Shown here: one piece after another, positions 38,188-41,054 of the stretch
How the letters are laid out: each line of letters starts with the position of its first letter
Numbering within the stretch: the stretch's first letter is position 1
Sequence record: SRR22947727_2720
Direction: 5' to 3' (one strand)
DNA length: 41,054 nucleotides
Notes under the pieces: model-generated
What the model saw: the letters and a program-made list of their open reading frames with translations, nothing else
What the model was told of the DNA's origin: nothing
Databases searched by the model: none
Position numbers and translations under genes: made by a program

Positions 38188-39402
38188 ATGAACCAGTACA
38201 AGATCATACCATACTTGAGCAAAGGCTTCTTAGGCTTGTTTCTGCTTGCGCTCCAATCTTGTATTACAGATTATCAAGGAACTATTGGGGGTTCTTCTGA
38301 GGTATTGGTGGTGAATGGCCTCTTGACAGACGAGTACAAAAAACAAGTGGTGCAACTCTCGAGATCTTATACCTTTGAGAATGCGGGACCAAGGTATGAA
38401 ACAGACGCCGCTGTAACTGTAAGTGGATCAGATGGATCCCTGCATGCCTTTTACGAAACCCCAAATGGTGTGTATAAATCCGTATCGCCATTTGCCGCGC
38501 AAGCGGGCGTGTCCTACCAATTGGAAATTACTTCTGTGACCGGGGAGGCATATGCCTCTAGCCCTATGGGCTTGCCGGCTCCCACAGAAATTCAAGCACT
38601 TAAAGCGGTAGCGACCACCAATGCCCAAGGGAAACCAGGAATTTCTATTCAGTTAGACGGGAGCGGCCCGGTCACCGCCTCGAGATTTAGATACGATTTT
38701 ACAGAACACTGGAAAATAGTCGCGCCTTATTGGAGCCCTCTAGACATTGTGGTCCTATCAGAGGGGCAATCTACCTTTAACCTCGCCATTATAGAGCGGG
38801 AAACAGAAGAACAGGTTTGCTATGGAACTGCAAGACCTAAAGAGGTGTTACTCACCTCCACCGCTGCCTTGAGCAGCAATGAAGTAAAAAATTTTCCCAT
38901 AAGATTTATCTCTAAAGAAGACTATATTTTACAACATCGTTACAGCATTGGGGTAAAACAATTTGGGGTGAGCGAACAAACCTACAGCTATTACGAAACT
39001 CTAAAGAGTCTTTCAGTTTCTGCAGAGAATGTTTTTTCAGAAGACCAACCGGGATTTTTACAGGGAAATATGTACGCCTTGGAAGATCCAGATGAAAAAG
39101 TAGCTGGTTTTTTTGAGGTCTCTACCGTAAGCGAAAAAAGAATCTTTATAAACTTTGACGATTATTTTCCTGGAGAAGAGCTACCAGACTACCTAGTCAA
39201 TTGCATTCCCTCTGCCCCCACTACAGACGGCCCATTGGGTAGCAGAGAATTGCTCAATGTTATATACAACAACTCCGTGCGCTATTTTGGCATAAACATA
39301 GATCGTATTGCGCCAGGGGGTACCTTCTTAGTAGTGTCAGCCAACTGTGGAGACTGCACTACCCTTGGTTCCAATATAAAACCTGATTTTTGGATAGATT
39401 AA
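38188..39402 (+). CDS. DUF4249-like lipoprotein
   Basis: LQSC lipobox, LVVNGLLTD, VQLSRS, RYSIGVKQ, QPGFLQGN, VAGFFEVS, CGDCT..GSNIKPDFW. Confidence 0.85.
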   Translation: MNQYKIIPYLSKGFLGLFLLALQSCITDYQGTIGGSSEVLVVNGLLTDEYKKQVVQLSRSYTFENAGPRYETDAAVTVSGSDGSLHAFYETPNGVYKSVSPFAAQAGVSYQLEITSVTGEAYASSPMGLPAPTEIQALKAVATTNAQGKPGISIQLDGSGPVTASRFRYDFTEHWKIVAPYWSPLDIVVLSEGQSTFNLAIIERETEEQVCYGTARPKEVLLTSTAALSSNEVKNFPIRFISKEDYILQHRYSIGVKQFGVSEQTYSYYETLKSLSVSAENVFSEDQPGFLQGNMYALEDPDEKVAGFFEVSTVSEKRIFINFDDYFPGEELPDYLVNCIPSAPTTDGPLGSRELLNVIYNNSVRYFGINIDRIAPGGTFLVVSANCGDCTTLGSNIKPDFWID

Positions 39403-39403
39403 T

Positions 39404-41054
39404 ATGAAAAACACTTTATTCATCCTACTCTTTAGCTATTGCTTCTCTTTAATCGGACAAGAATCTAATCTTGTTACTCAGAAAGACATGCTGAATATTT
39501 CGGGCACAGAAACCATTGCCGTACATCTCAACACACAAACTATTTTACCCGGAGAATACCTGTATTTTAGTGTCACTTTAAAGTCAAAAGAAGGCCTTTT
39601 AAAACAAAAATTAAGTAAGGTAGCCTACATTGCCCTAGTAAACCCAATGGGAGAAAAAGTGCTCTTGGCACAAATGCTATTGAAACAAATATCTAACAAT
39701 GGCTACGAACCAGAGGGTTTTTTAAAACCACTGCTTAAAGACCAGACGCATCTAAATAGTGTACGAGGTCAGGGAGACCTTTTTATTCCAGTGAGTTTAG
39801 CCACAGGCGCCTATACATTAGTGGGTTATACCCAACAAATGTTGCAGCAGGACCCAGAAGATTTATTTATACGTCCATTGGCTGTTATAAATCCCTACAC
39901 CAATGCACGCGTTGGCACAGTCAATGAAATAGAGGCAAAAAACACCCTTGATTTTACCCCTGAAACGACTGTCTCAAATACAGTCCTTGAACCAACTATC
40001 AAAAACAGGGATACCATTACAGACGCCAAATTAATGCCTGTTTTTGGTCCTTTAGAAAAAATAAGCCTACAAGATCTCAGCCTTAAAGAAATACTCGAAA
40101 ACGGGGCTGGTTTAAGCCTTAAAGAAATTCTAGGTAGCAAAACTATAGCAACCCTTTCGATTAGAAAAAAAGAAAGCCTTCAGTCTTTCGCTTATTTTAA
40201 CATAGCCCCTCTAGAGAAAAAAGGAGCTCAATCTACGCCAGCCGGAGCCGGAAATTTCTCTCAAGAAAAACCTCAAATTGAACTTCAAAGAGAGCGTCAA
40301 GGAGAATTTCAAGGCGCTTCTATCAGCGGGCGTATTGTGGCAAACGATAAGAAAAGTACCCAACTAAAAATAAATGAAGTCAGTATAGCCTTGAGCTTTC
40401 TAGGAGAGAACATGCCTTTTAAGCTCACCAATCCAGCAGCAGATGGGACATTTAGTTTCCCTATCAACAGCCCTATAAACAACAATAACGCTGTGCTAGA
40501 AATAATGGGTAATGCTAAAAATGACTACCACTTAGTGGTAAACCCGCTACCACTCCCTCACTTAGCATCTCTCCCAAAAGGAACACTACAACTGTATTCA
40601 AAAGACTTGGAAACACTGACCCAACGCAGTGTATACAACCAAATAGAAAATGCTTTCAACCGCTTTAAACCAGATTCCATTGCTTTAGAGAACCGTCCAA
40701 TATCTGACTTTAGTCATTTAGAATCCAGTGAATACATTCTAGAAGAATACACATTATTTCCCACTTTTGAAGAAACCGTTTTTGAGATCATCAGTGAATT
40801 GAGTTACCAAAAAACAACAGATGGAGGCTTAGTGCTTTATTGTAAAGGAGTGAGTAGAAATACCCCAATTGCTGCCCCTCCCCTATTGTTTATAGATGGC
40901 ATTCCGGTAAAAGATCAAGAACAGTTTAGGGGGTATTCCACCCAAAATATAGCCCGTATTAAAGTGGTTCAAAAACAGCTGGTCGTTGGAAATAAAATTT
41001 GGAATGGGTTGGTCCAAATTAGCACTAAAAATGGCTACCCACTGGAGTATATTA
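39404..41054 (+). CDS. Secreted protein with macroglobulin (MG2)-like N-terminus and TonB plug-like domain; 3'-truncated by the window edge
   Basis: Hand-translated and not in the track: MKNTLFILLF...ETIAVHLN...PGEYLYF...LSKVAYIALV...GQGDLFIP.SLATGAYTLVGYT. The same frame at the window end reads PLLFIDGIPV...IARIKVV...NGLVQISTK. Confidence 0.8.
   Translation, partial: MKNTLFILLFSYCFSLIGQESNLVTQKDMLNISGTETIAVHLNTQTILPGEYLYFSVTLKSKEGLLKQKLSKVAYIALVNPMGEKVLLAQMLLKQISNNGYEPEGFLKPLLKDQTHLNSVRGQGDLFIPVSLATGAYTLVGYTQQMLQQDPEDLFIRPLAVINPYTNARVGTVNEIEAKNTLDFTPETTVSNTVLEPTIKNRDTITDAKLMPVFGPLEKISLQDLSLKEILENGAGLSLKEILGSKTIATLSIRKKESLQSFAYFNIAPLEKKGAQSTPAGAGNFSQEKPQIELQRERQGEFQGASISGRIVANDKKSTQLKINEVSIALSFLGENMPFKLTNPAADGTFSFPINSPINNNNAVLEIMGNAKNDYHLVVNPLPLPHLASLPKGTLQLYSKDLETLTQRSVYNQIENAFNRFKPDSIALENRPISDFSHLESSEYILEEYTLFPTFEETVFEIISELSYQKTTDGGLVLYCKGVSRNTPIAAPPLLFIDGIPVKDQEQFRGYSTQNIARIKVVQKQLVVGNKIWNGLVQISTKNGYPLEYI

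Overview
Low-GC chromosomal segment of a Bacteroidota bacterium, most likely a marine Flavobacteriaceae. This is inferred from gene content, TAnnTTT(G/A) -7 promoter boxes and A-rich starts lacking Shine-Dalgarno motifs. No mobile element or CRISPR array was found. Main blocks: (1) a tightly coupled minus-strand operon speA-speB-deoxyhypusine-synthase-like gene (probable homospermidine pathway), followed by a small acidic protein, an RMD1-family gene and a protease-RimK fusion; (2) an extracytoplasmic flavinylation/redox module (Rieske, thioredoxin, ApbE, DUF4266-like, DUF3570-like) plus a second, convergent Rieske lipoprotein; (3) tRNA-Arg(CCT), DUF4956-like, DUF2490-like, a PHP phosphoesterase, and an NRAMP-like transporter with pxpABC; (4) a secreted Zn metalloprotease, a BNR/VPS10 protein and an XRE regulator/membrane protein pair with three operator copies; (5) a PiT phosphate transporter with 11-bp direct repeats upstream; (6) a TonB-dependent receptor/DUF4249-like cluster. 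The most interesting signal is missing from the ORF track: a 55-codon upstream ORF (10981-10814, minus) in the speA leader. It is followed by a terminator-like hairpin and contains an in-phase -1 slippery heptamer leading into a frame whose stop overlaps the speA ATG. It is a candidate polyamine/arginine-sensing leader-peptide attenuator. Family names come from motif recognition, not from database searches.
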